A DNA stretch of 64,000 nucleotides from Somniosus microcephalus (lineage: Eukaryota), in the NCBI GenBank assembly GCA_052327205.1, contig CM126215.1, positions 44,144,001 to 44,208,000 of the forward strand, written 5' to 3'. The position numbers and the translations under genes were made by a program. The notes beneath the pieces were generated by a model. It was not told the origin of the DNA. It saw only the letters and a list, made by a program, of their open reading frames with translations, and did not search any database. How positions within the stretch are numbered: the first letter of the stretch is position 1; each line of letters begins with the position of its first letter. This document shows, piece by piece, positions 13,088 through 25,700 of the stretch.

Positions 13088-15190
13088 AGGTGAGGTGCAG
13101 GAAGATAGGGAGGCAGGAGCAGAGCTGGAGGCGAGGTGGAGGGAGCTGGGAGACAGGAGCAGAGCTGGAGGTGAGGTGGAGAGAGCAGGGAGACAGGAGC
13201 AGAACTGGAGGTGAGGTGGAGGGAGCAGGGAGACAGGAGCAGAACTGGAGGTGAGGTGGAGGGAGCTGGGAGTCAGGAGCAGAACTGGAGGTGAGGTGGA
13301 GGGAGCAGGGAGACAGGAGCAGAACTGGAGGTGAGGTGGAGGGAGCGGGGAGACAGGAGCAGAACTGGAGGTGAGGTGGAGGGAGCTGGGAGACAGGAGC
13401 AGAGCTGGAGGTGAGGTGGAGGGAGCTGGGAGACAGGAGCAGAGCTGGAGGTGAGGTGGAGGGGGCTGGGAGACAGGAGCAGAACTGGAGGTGAGGTGGA
13501 GGGAGCTGGGAGACAGGAGCAGAGCTGGAGGTGAGGTGGAGGGAGCTGGGAGACAGGAGCAGAGCTGGAGGTGAGGTCGAGGGAGCTGGGAGTCAGGAGC
13601 AGAACTGGAGGTGAGGTGGAGGGAGCTGGGAGTCAGGAGCAGAACTGGAGGTGAGGTGGAGGGAGCAGGGAGACAGGAGCAGAACTGGAGGTGAGGTGGA
13701 GGGAGCTGGGAGACAGGAGCAGAGCTGGAGGTGAGGTGGAGGGGGCTGGGAGACGGGAGCAGAACTGGAGGTGAGGTGGAGGGAGCTGGGAGACAGGAGC
13801 AGAACTGGAGGTGAGGTCGAGGGAGCTGGGAGTCAGGAGCAGAACTGGAGGTGAGGTGGAGGGAGCTGGGAGTCAGGAGCAGAACTGGAGGTGTGGTGGA
13901 GGGAGCTGGGAGACAGGAGCAGAGCTGGAGGTGAGGTGGAGGGAGATACAGAGACAGGAGCAGAGCTGGAGGTGAGGTGGTGGGAGATACAGAGACAGGA
14001 GCAGAGCTGGAGGTGAGTTGGAGGGAGCTGGGAGACAGGAGCAGAGCTGGAGGTGAGGTGGAGGGAGATACAGAGACAGGAGCAGAGCTGGAGGTGAGGT
14101 GGTGGGAGCTGGGAGACAGGAGCAGAGCTGGAGGTGAGTTGGAGGGAGCTGGGAGACAGGAGCAGAGCTGGAGGTGAGGTGGAGGGAGCTGGGAGACAGG
14201 AGCAGAGCTGGAGGTGAGGTGGAGGGAGCTGGGTGTGAGGGTGCCGGTTAGTTCCCTCAGTAACCCCTAGATGGCACTTTCACTTGTTTTCTTCCCTTTG
14301 CTAATTGTTACTAGTTTCTCCTGTGTTTATTACTTAACTGCCTTTTATCTGGTTTATTGGTTTCACCTGTTTTGCTTGTATTTAAGTTCTGTGGTTTCTT
14401 CCCTCTGTGCTCAGTCTTGACAAGCCGTTTGCCTAGTGGTAGCTTGTCTTGAACTGTTTACCTGTGTGATTCTAGTAAAGTACTTTTATTTAAGACTGCA
14501 TACCTGCTTCTCGCCTCGTCTGTCTGCACTTTGGTCCAGAACCAGCCTCGCCCTGACACTGGGAGACAGGAGCAGAGCTGGAGGTGAGGTGGAGGGAGGT
14601 ACAGAGACTGGAGCAGAGCTGGAGGTGAGGTGGAGGGAGCTGGGAGACAGGAGCAGAGCTGGAGGTGATGTGGAGGGAGGTGGGAGACAGGGGCAGAGCT
14701 GGAGATGAGGTGGAGGGAGGTACAGAGACTGGAGCAGAGCTGGAGGTGAGGTGGAGGGAGCTGGGAGACAGGAGCAGAGCTGGAGGTGATGTGGAGGGAG
14801 GTGGGAGACAGGGGCAGAGCTGGAGATGAGGTGGAGGGTGATACAGAGACAGGAGCAGAGCTGGAGGTGAGGTGGAGGGAGTTGGGAGACAGGAGCAGAG
14901 CTGGAGGTGAGGTGGAGGAGATACAGAGACAGGAGCAGAGCTGGAGGTGAGGTGGAGGGGGCTGGGAGACAGGAGCAGAGCTGGAGGTGAGGTGGAGGAG
15001 ATACAGAGACAGGAGCAGAGCTGGAGGGGGCTGGGAGACAGGAGCAGAGCTGGAGGTGAGGTGGAGAGAGATACAGAGACAGGAGCAGAGCTGGAGGTGA
15101 GGTGGAGGGGGCTGGGAGACAGGAGCAGAGCTAGAGGTACGGTGGAGGGAGCTAGGGAGACAGGAGCAGAGCTGGAGGTGAGGTGGAGGG
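13085..15190. repeat. Same 40-bp minisatellite in G-rich (inverted) orientation, interrupted by a solo LTR
   Basis: Units GGGAGACAGGAGCAGAGCTGGAGGTGAGGTGGAGGGAGCT are the reverse complement of the 10839-12600 array. Confidence 0.97.
14234..14558 (+). mobile_element. Solo LTR (325 bp), probably Gypsy-type
   Basis: Termini TGTGA...TGACA; perfect 5-bp TSD CTGGG (14229-14233 and 14559-14563); internal TATTTAAG TATA-like and AGTAAA polyA-like motifs. Confidence 0.85.
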
Positions 15191-15429
15191 ATCCCACAGA
15201 CAAAATTGTGTCTAATGTCACATGTAATCATTAATGAATCTCACATCTGATTGATAGCTGATGGGACGAGGATGCCAGTGAGCAATTTGAGCTCCCGTTT
15301 AGTGATTTACCTTCCTACAAACCAATAATCTCTACAAAAAGGCACAGAGATGAAAAAGGGTGAGCAGTGAGCAGGCACAATACTTTAATATGGGTATCAG
15401 AGAATTGGCCAGTTTAATCTAGCAAGGAG

Positions 15430-15852
15430 TTAGTCAGCTTGGCTTTGTTGGTAACACTCTAAATCAAAGGTTGCCGGTTCAAGCCCCAATTCAGGGCTGG
15501 AGAGATAATCTAGTGCAATGCTGAGGAAGAACTCAGAAGATACATTAAACTGAGGTCCTATCTGCTTCTTCCCAGTGTGCAGGTAAATGTTACAGATCCC
15601 ACATGTAATTTGAAGTCCAGAGTGCTACGACATTCTAACTGATTCATTCCTCAATCAAGGACACCAGAAATATCACTTCAGGCAATTTGTTATCTATGAA
15701 GCACAAGAGAGACGTCATAAGGTTTTAGATAAAAGCAAGTTTGTCTTCAGAATACAGTTATCAGTTGCATAGGGTACAGCAAACTGGTCTACATTTTACA
15801 ATGCATTTCAAAATAATTTGCAAAAGGCACTGTAGAAATGCAAGTCTTTTTT
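15430..15852 (+). mobile_element. Highly decayed Deu-type SINE
   Basis: B-box-like GGTTCAAGCCCC, TTAAACTGAGGTCCTATCTGC core and tail AAAGGCACTGTAGAAATGCAAGTCTTT; patchy similarity to 7869-8313. Confidence 0.5.
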
Positions 15853-15870
15853 ATTCTGAAGCTACTGTTG

Positions 15871-16361
15871 TAAGAACATAAGAACATAAGAAATAGGAGC
15901 AGGAGTAGGCCAATCGGCCCCTCGAGCCTGCTCCGCCATTCAATAAGATCATGGCTGATCTGATCCTAACCGCCAATCTACTATCACAGAACCATCTCCT
16001 GAATCTAACAGAATTAGACACACGAAATAGGAGCAGGATCAGGCTACACGGCCCCTGGGCCCGCTCCGCTACCCATAGGGCCATGACCGATCCGAACCTA
16101 GACTCATGCCCAAATTCCTGCCCGCTCCCCGTAACCCTTAATTCCCTTTACTTCTAGGAAACTGTCTATTTCTGTTTTAAATTTATGTAATGATGTAGCT
16201 TCTACAGCTTTTTGGGGCAGCATATTCCATGGACCTACCACCCTCTGAGTGAAGTAGTTCCTCCTCATCTCAGTTTTGAAAGAGCAGCCCCTTATTCTAA
16301 GACTATGCCCCCTTGTTCTAGTTTCACCCATCATCGGGAACATCTTCCCCACATCCACCCG
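15871..16361 (-). mobile_element. CR1 LINE 3' fragment with duplicated 3' UTR
   Basis: ORF 16104-16358 is the CR1 ORF2 C-terminus (TRGHSLRIRG...FTQRVV); 8-mer tail (TAAGAACA)n at 15871. Confidence 0.9.
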
Positions 16362-16722
16362 ATAAAATTCCTGCTTTAGGAGATAAAAGCCTCGAAGTTG
16401 CTGTTGGTGCGCAATGGATGGGGTTAACAGATATAAAGAAAGCTGCTTAACACGATTTATGCCTTTTCCTGGTGCTGTGCTGAATCATCCACTTCAACTC
16501 CCACACTGCGGGCCACTGAATGAAGCAGGGAAACAATCACGCGACAGCCAGCTGTGAAATGCAACCAGCAGCCATCGAAACCGCTGCAGTAGTGCTGGGG
16601 CGAGCCAGGACAGATGTACACAGAGCAACACAGAACTGTGGAGCGAGGAAAACTGAATATTCTCACCACGCATTGGTTACGCTCCAGCAGACACCCACAG
16701 ACATTGCTGCCTCCCGCCCCTT

Positions 16723-19700
16723 CCAAGACACTGCCTGACACCTCCAGACACTGCCTGACACCCCGCAGACACCACCTGACACCCCACAGACAACGCCTGA
16801 CACCCCCCGACACCCCACCAGACATTGATGACACCCCCAGACACTGCCTGACACCCCCAGACACCACCCGACACCCCCAGACACCGCCTGACACCCCCTG
16901 ACACCCCACCAGACATTGACGGCCCTCCCCAGACACTGTCTGACACCTCCAGACACTGCCTGGCACACCCAGACACTGCCCGACACCCCAGACATCGCCC
17001 GACACCCCCAGACATCGCCCGACACCCCCAGACACCGCCCGACACCCCAGACACCGCCCGACACCCCCAGACACCCCACCAGACAATGACGGACCCCCCC
17101 AGACACTACCCGACAACCCCAGACATGGCAAGGCACCACCAGACAGCCCCAGACACTGCCAAACAGCGCCCGACACCGCCCGACACCCCCAGACACTGCC
17201 CGACACTCCCAGACACTGCCCGACACCTCCAAGCACTGCCTGACACCTCCAGACACTGCCTGACAACACCAGACATTGCCCGACACCCCCAGATATCCCC
17301 AGAAACTGCCCAACACCCCCAGACATGGCCAGACACCCCCAGACACTGCCAGACAGCCCCAGACAACCCCAAACACTGTATGGCACCACCAGACACCCAC
17401 AAAAACTGCCCGACACGGCCCGACATCGCCCGACACCCCAAGACACCGCCCGACACCTCAAGACACCGCCCTACACCCCCAAGACACCCACAGACACCCC
17501 AAGACACCACACCCACAGACACTGCCAGACACCCACAGACACCGCCAGACGCCCACAGACACCCAGAGACACCGCCAGTCGCCCAAAGACAGCGCCAGAC
17601 GCCCACAGACAGCGCCAGACGCCCACAGACACCGCCAGACGCCCACAGACACCGCCAGACGCCCACAGACACAGCCACACGCCCACAGACACAGCCAGAC
17701 GCCCACAGACACAGCCAGACACCCACAGACACTGCCAGACGCCCACAGACACCCACAGACACCCACAGACACCCACAGACACCGCAAAACACCGCCAGAC
17801 ACCCACAGACACACACAGACACTGCCTGACATGCCCAAACACTGCGTAACAGCCTCAGGCATTGCCTGACACCCCCAGACACTGCCTGACACCTCCAGAC
17901 ACTGCCTGACATCCCAGACACTGCCCGGCACCCCCAGACACTGCCCGGCACCCGCAGACACTGCCCGGCACCCCGAGACACTGCCTGGCACCCCCAGACA
18001 CTGCCCGGCACCCCCAGACACTGCCTGACACCCCAAGACACTGCCTGACACCCAAAACACTGCCTGACACCCCAAACACTGCCTGACACCCCCAGAAATT
18101 CCGAAACACCCCCAGACCCCCCAAGACACCGCCCGACACCCACAGACACCCCAAGACACCCACAGACACCGCCAGACACCGCAAGACACCCACAGGCACC
18201 GCCCGACACCCCAAGACACCCACAGACACCGCCCGACACCCACAGGCACCCACAGACACCCACAGACACCGCCAGACACCGCCAGACACCCACAGACACC
18301 GCAAGACACCCACAGACACCGCCCGACACCCCAAGACACCCACAGACACCGCCCGACACCCCAAGACACCCACAGACACCCACAGACACCCACAGACACC
18401 CACAGACACCGCCAGACACCGCCAGACTCCCAGACACTGCCAGGCACCCACAGACACTGCCAGACATCCCCAGACACGGCCCGACAACCCCAGGCACTGC
18501 CTGCCACTCCCAGACACCCCAAGACATTGCCTGATACCCCAAGACACCGGCTGACACCCCAAGACACCGGCCGACACCCCAAGACACCGGCCGACACCCC
18601 AAGACACCGGCCGACACCCCAAGACACCGGCCGACACCCCAAGACACCGGCCGACACCCCAAGACACCGGCCGATATGCTCGACACTGCCCGACACCCAC
18701 AGACACCGCCAGAGACCCACAGGCACTGCCAGAGACCCACAGACACTGCCAGAGCCCCACAGACACCACCAGAGACCCACAGACACCACCAGAGACCCAC
18801 AGACACCGCCAGAGACCCACAGACACTGCCAGAGACCCACAGACACCGCCAGCGACCCACAGACACCACCAGAGCCCCACAGACACCGCCCGACACCCGA
18901 GACACCGCCCGACAGCCCGAGACACCGCCCGACAGCCCGAGACACCGCCCGACACCCCGAGACACCGCCCGACACCCCGAGACACCGCCCGAAACCCCGA
19001 GACACCGCCCGACACCCGCAGACACCACCCGACAACCCCAGACACCGCCAGACAACCCCAAGACATCGGCCGACACCCCCAGACATTGCTCGACACCCCC
19101 AGACATTGCTCGACACCCCCAGACACTGCCCGACACCCCCAGACACTGCCCGACACCCCCAGACACTGCCCGACACCCCCAGACACTGCCCGACACCCCC
19201 AGACACTGCCCGACACCCCCAGACATTGCCAGACACCCCCAGACACTGCCTGAAACCCCCAGAAACTGCCAGACACACCCAGCCACTGCCAGGCACACCC
19301 AGACACTGCCAGACACCCCTAGATATCCCCACACAATGCCTGACATGCCCAGACAGTGCTTGACACCCCACACACCGCCCAACACCCCCACACTCTGCAC
19401 GACACCCCCGCACACCGCCCGACACCCCAACATACTCCCAGACACTGCCCGACACCCCCAGGCACTTCCTGAAACTCCCAGGCATGGCCTGACAAACCCA
19501 GACACTCCCAGACTACCTAACACTCTCAGACACTGCCTGACAGCCCCAGACATCTCCAAACAACCCGAGTTGCCCCAAACACCCCCAGACACTGACATAC
19601 ACCGCAGGACTCCACCAGACACTGCCCGACACCCCAAGACACTGCACGACACCCCCAGGCGCCCACGGACACCGCCAGCCACCCACGGACACCGCCAGAC

Positions 19701-22700
19701 ACCCACGGACACCGCCAGACACCGCCGGATACCGCCAGACAGCCCCGGACACCGCCAGGCAGCCCTGGACACCGCCAGACAGCCCAGGACACTGCCAGAC
19801 AGCCCAGGACACCGCCAGACTGCCCCGGACACCGCCAGACAGCCCTGGACACCGTCAGACAGCCCCGGACACCGTCAGTCAGCACCAGACAGCACCGGAC
19901 ACCGCCAGACAACCCCAGGCACTGCCGGACACACCCAAACACTGCCGGACAACCCCAGACACCGCCAGACGCCCACAGACACCGCCAGACACCGCCAGAC
20001 GCCCAGACACCGCCAGATGCCCACAGACACCGCCAGATGCCCAAAGACACTGCCAGATGCCCACAGACACCGCCAGACGCCCACAGACACTGCCAGATGC
20101 CCACAGACGCCGCCAGATGCCCACAGACGCCGGCAGACACCCCCAGACACTGCCTGACACCCCCAGACACTGCCCGACACCCCCAGACACTGCCTGACAC
20201 CCCCAGACACTGCCTGACACGCCCAGACACTGCCTGACACCCCCAGACACTGCCTGACACTCCCAGACACTGCCTGACATCCCAGACACTGCCTGACACC
20301 CCCAGAAACACCCCCAGAAACACCCCCAGACACTGCCTGACACCCCCAGACACTGCCTGACACCCCAAACACTGCCTGACACCCCCAGAAACCCTGAAAC
20401 ACCCCCAGACACTGCCTGACACCCCCAGACACTGCCTGACATCCCAGACACTGCCTGACACCCCAAAAACTGCCTGACACCCCCAGAAACCCTGAAACAC
20501 CCCCAGACACTGCCTGACACCCCCAGACACTGCCTGACACCCCCAGACACTGCCTGACACCCCAAACATTGCCTGGCACCCCCAGAAACCCCGAAACACC
20601 CCCAGACACTGCCAGATAGCCTCAGGCTCTGCCAGACACCCCCAAGACATTGTCACACCCCCCAGACATTGCCAACCCCCCAGACACTACCCGACAACCC
20701 CAGACATGGCAGGACACCACTAGACAGCCCCAGACACTGCCAGACAGCGCCCGACACCGCCTGACACTGCCCGACACCCCCAGACACCCCCAAGCACTGC
20801 CTGACACCTCCAGACACTGCCTGACAACACCAGACATTGCCCCGACACCCCCAGACATCCCCAGAAACTGCCCGACACCCCCAGACATTGCCCGCCACCC
20901 CCAGACACTGCCTGACACCCCCAGACACTGCCCGACACCCCCAGACACTGCCCGACACCCCCAGACACTGCCCGACACCTCCAAGCACTGCCCGAAACCT
21001 CCAAGCACTGCCGGACACCTCCAAACACTGCCTGACACCCCCAGAAACCCCAAAACACCCCCAGACACCCAAAGACACCGCCCGACAGCCACAGACACCC
21101 CAAGACATCCACAGACACCGCCAGACACCGCAAGACACCCACAGACACCGCCCAACACCCCAAGACACCCACAGACACCGCCCGACACCCCAAGACACCC
21201 ACAGACACCCACAGACACCGCCAGACACCGCCAGACACCGCCAGACTCCCAGACACTGCCAGGCACCCACAGACACTGCCAGACATCCCCAGACACGGCC
21301 CGACAACCCCAGGCACTGCCTGCCACTCCCAGACACCCCCAGACATTGCCTGATACCCCAAGACACCGGCCGACACCCCAAGACACCGGCCGACACCCCA
21401 AGTCACCGGCCGACACCCCAAGACACCGGCCGACACCCCAAGACACCGGCCGACACCCCAAGGCACCGGCCGACACCCCAAGGCACCGGCCGACACCCCA
21501 AGACACCGGCTGACACCCCAAGACACCGGCCGATATGCTCGACACTGCCCGACACCCACAGACACCGCCAGAGACCCAAAGGCACCGCCAGAGACCCACA
21601 GACACTGCCAGAGACCCACAGAAAACCGCCAGAGATCCACAGACACCGCCAGAGACCCACAGACACCACCAGAGACCCACAGACACCGCCAGAGATCCAC
21701 AGACACCGCCAGAGACCCACAGACACCGCCCGACACCCGAGACACCGCCTGACAGCCCGAGACACCGCCCAACAGCCCGAGACACCACCCGACAACCCGA
21801 GACACCGCCCGACAGCCTGAGACAGTGCCCGACACCCCGAGACACCGCCCAACACCCCGAGACACCACCCGACACCCCGAGACACCGCCCGAAACCCCGA
21901 GACACCGCTCGTCACCCCCAGACACCACCCGACAACCCCAGACACCGCCAGACAACCCCAAGACACCGGCCGACACCCCCAGACATTGCTCGACACCCCC
22001 AGACATTGCTCGACACCCCCAGACATTGCTCGACACCCCCAGACACTGCCCGACAACCCCAGACACTGCCCGACACCCCCAGACACTGCCAGACACCCCC
22101 AGACACTGCCTGACACCCCCAGACACTGCCAGACACACCCAGCCACTGCCAGGCACACCCAGACACTGCCAGGCACACCCAGACACTGCCAGGCACACCC
22201 AGACACTGCCAGGCGCCCCCAGATATCCCCACACAATGCCTGACACGCCCAGACAGTGCTTGACACCCCACACACCGCCCAACACCCCCACACTCTGCAC
22301 GACACCCCCACACACCGCCCGACACCCCAACATACTCCCAGACACTGCCCGACACCCCCAGGCACTTCCTGAAACTCCCAGGCATGGCCTGACAAACCCA
22401 GACACTCCCAGACTACCTAACACTCTCAGACACTGCCTGACAGCCCCAGACATCTCCAAACAACCCTAGTTGCCCCAAACACCCCCAGACACTGACATAC
22501 ACCGCAGAACTCCACCAGACACTGCCCGACACCCCAAGACACTGCTTGACACCCCCAGGCGCCCACGGACAATGCCAGCCACCCACGGATACCGCCAGCC
22601 ACCGCCGGATACCGCCAGACAGCCCCGGACACCGCCAGACAGCCCCGGACACCGCCAGACAGCCCAGGACACCGCCAGGCAGCCCAGGACACCGCCAGAC

Positions 22701-25700
22701 TGCCCCGGACACCGCCAGACAGCACCGGACACCGCCAGACAGCACCGGACACTGCCAGACAACCCCAGGCACTGCCGGACACACCCAAACACTGCCGGAC
22801 AACCCCAGACACCGCCAGACGTCCACAGACACCGCCAGACACTCACAGACACCGCCAGACACCCACAGACACCGCCAGACACTGCCAGGCACCCACAGAC
22901 AATGCCAGGCACCCACAGACACTGCCAGGCACCCACAGACATGGCCCGACAACCCCAGGCATTGCCTGATACCCCAAGACACCGGCCGACACGCCAAGAC
23001 ACCGGCCGACGCCCCAAAACACCGGCCGACGCCCCAAGACACCGGCCGACACCCCAAGACACCGCCCGACACGCCCAACACCCACAGACACCGCTAGAGA
23101 CCCAAAGACACCGCCAGAGACCCACAGAAACCGCCAGAGACCCACAGACACCGCCAGAGACCCACAGAAACCGCCAGAGACCCACAGACACCGCCAGAGA
23201 CCCACAGACACCGCCAGAGACCCACAGACACCGCCCGACAGCCCGAGACATTGCCCGACAGCCCAAGACACTGCCCGACACCCCGAGACTCTGCCCGACA
23301 CCCCGAGACAACCTGACACCCCCAGACACTGCCGGACAACCCCAGACACTGCCTGACACCCCCAGACACAGCCCGACACCCCAAGATGCCGCCCGACACC
23401 CCCAAGACGCCCACAGACACCCCAAGACACCGCCAGATTCCCGAAGACACCCACAGACACCCCCGACTCCCACAGACACCGCCCGACACCCACAGACACC
23501 GCCCGACACCCACAGACACCGCCCGACACCCAGAGACACCCAGAGACACCACCAGACACCCACAGACACCCACAGACACCGCCAGACACCCACAGACACT
23601 GCTAGCCACCCACAGACACTGCCAGGCATTCCCAGACACGGCCCAACAATCCCAGACATTGCCTGATACCCCAAGACACCGGCCGACACCCCAAGACACC
23701 GGCCGACACCCCAAAACACCGGCCGACGCCCCAAGACACCGCCCGACACCCCCAACACTGCCCAGCACCCCCAACACCCCCCGACAGCCACAGACACCGC
23801 CAGACACCCACAGACACCGCCGGACACCCACAGACACTGCCAGGCACCCACAGACACTGCCAGGCACCCACAGACACGGCCCGACAACCCCAGGCATTGC
23901 CTGATACCCCAAGACACCGGCCGACACTCCAAGACACCGGCCGACGCCCCAAAACACCGTCCGACACCCCAAGACACCGGCCGACACCCCAAGACACCGC
24001 CCGACACGCCCAACACCCACAGACACCGCCAGAGACCCAAAGACACCGCCAGAGACCCAAAGACACTGCCAGAGACCCACAGACACTGCCAGAGACCCAC
24101 AGACACCGCCAGAGACCCACAGATACCACCAGAGACCCACAGATACCGCCAGAGACCCAGACACCGCCAGAGAAGCACAGACACCGCCTGTGACCCACAG
24201 ACACCGGCAGAGACCCACAGACACCGCCCAACAGCCCGAGACACTGCCCGACAGCCCGAGACACTGCCTGACACCCCGAGACACTGCCCGACACCCCGAG
24301 ACAACCCGACACCCCCAGAAACTGCCGGACAACCTCAGACACTGCCTGACACCCCCAGGCACTGGCTTACAACCCCAGACACTGCCTGACACCCCCAGAA
24401 ACTGCCAGGCATACCCAGACACTGCCAGGCACCCCCAGATATCCCCACACAATGCCTGACATGCCCAGACAGTGGTCGACACCCCACACACCGCCCAACA
24501 CCCCCACACTCTGCACAACACCCCCACACACCGCCCGACACCCCAACATACTCCCAGACACTGCCCGACACCCCCAGGCACTTCCTGAAACTCCCAGGCA
24601 TGGCCTGACAAACCCAGACACTCCCAGACTACCTAACACTCTCAGACACTGCCTGACAGCCCCAGACATCTCCAAACAACCCTAGTTGCCCCAAACACCC
24701 CCAGACACTGACATACACCGCAGGACTCCACCAGACACTGCCCGACACCCCAAGACACTGCCCGACACCCCCAGGCACCCACGGACACCGCCAGCCACCC
24801 ACGGACACCGCCAGCCACCGCCGGATACTGCCAGACAGCCCCGGACACCACCAGACAGCCCTGGACACCGCCAGACAGCCCAGGACACTGCCAGACAGCC
24901 CAGGACACCGCCAGACTGCCCCGGACACCGCCAGACACCCACGGACACCGCCAGACACTGCCGGATACCGCCAGACAGCCCCAGACACCGCCAGACAGCC
25001 CTGGACACTGCCAGACAGCCCAGGACACCGCCAGACAGCCCAGGACACCGCCAGACTGCCCTGGCCACCGCCAGACAGCCCCGGACACCGTCAGACAGCC
25101 CCGGACACCGTCAGACAGCACCGGACACCACCAGACAGCACCGGACACCGCCAGACAGCACCGGACACCACCAGACAACCCCAGGCACTGCCGGACACCC
25201 CAAGGCACCGCCAGACGCCCACAGACACCGCCAGACGCCCACAAACAGCGCCAGATGCCCACAGACACTGCCAGATGCCCACAGACACCGCCAGATGCCC
25301 ACAGGCGCCGCCAGATGCCCACAGACGCCGCCAGATGCCCACAGACGCCGCCAGACAACCCCAGACACTGCCTGACACCCCCAGACACTGCCTGACACCC
25401 CCAGACACTGCCTGACACCCCCAGACACTGCCTGACACCCCAGACACTGCCTGACACCCCAAACACTGCCTGACACCCCCAGAAACACCCCCAGACACTG
25501 CCTGACAGCCCCAGACACTGCCTGACATCCCAGACACTTCCTGACACCCCAAGCACTGCCTGACACCCCAGAAACCCCGTGACACCCCCAGACACTGCCT
25601 GACACCCCAAACATTGCCTGACACCCCAAACATTGCCTGACACCCCCAGAAACCCCAAAACACCCCAGACACTGCCAGATAGCCTCAGGCTCTGCCAGAC

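Noticed and set aside
10914-15234. 560-570 aa Ser/Pro/Leu ORFs
   Set aside because: All three frames are open because the 40-bp unit has no stop codon.
15605-15625. Possible pirin LDFKL exon (TTTGAAGTCCAG)
   Set aside because: Flanking codons do not match pirin and the site lies in a decayed SINE.
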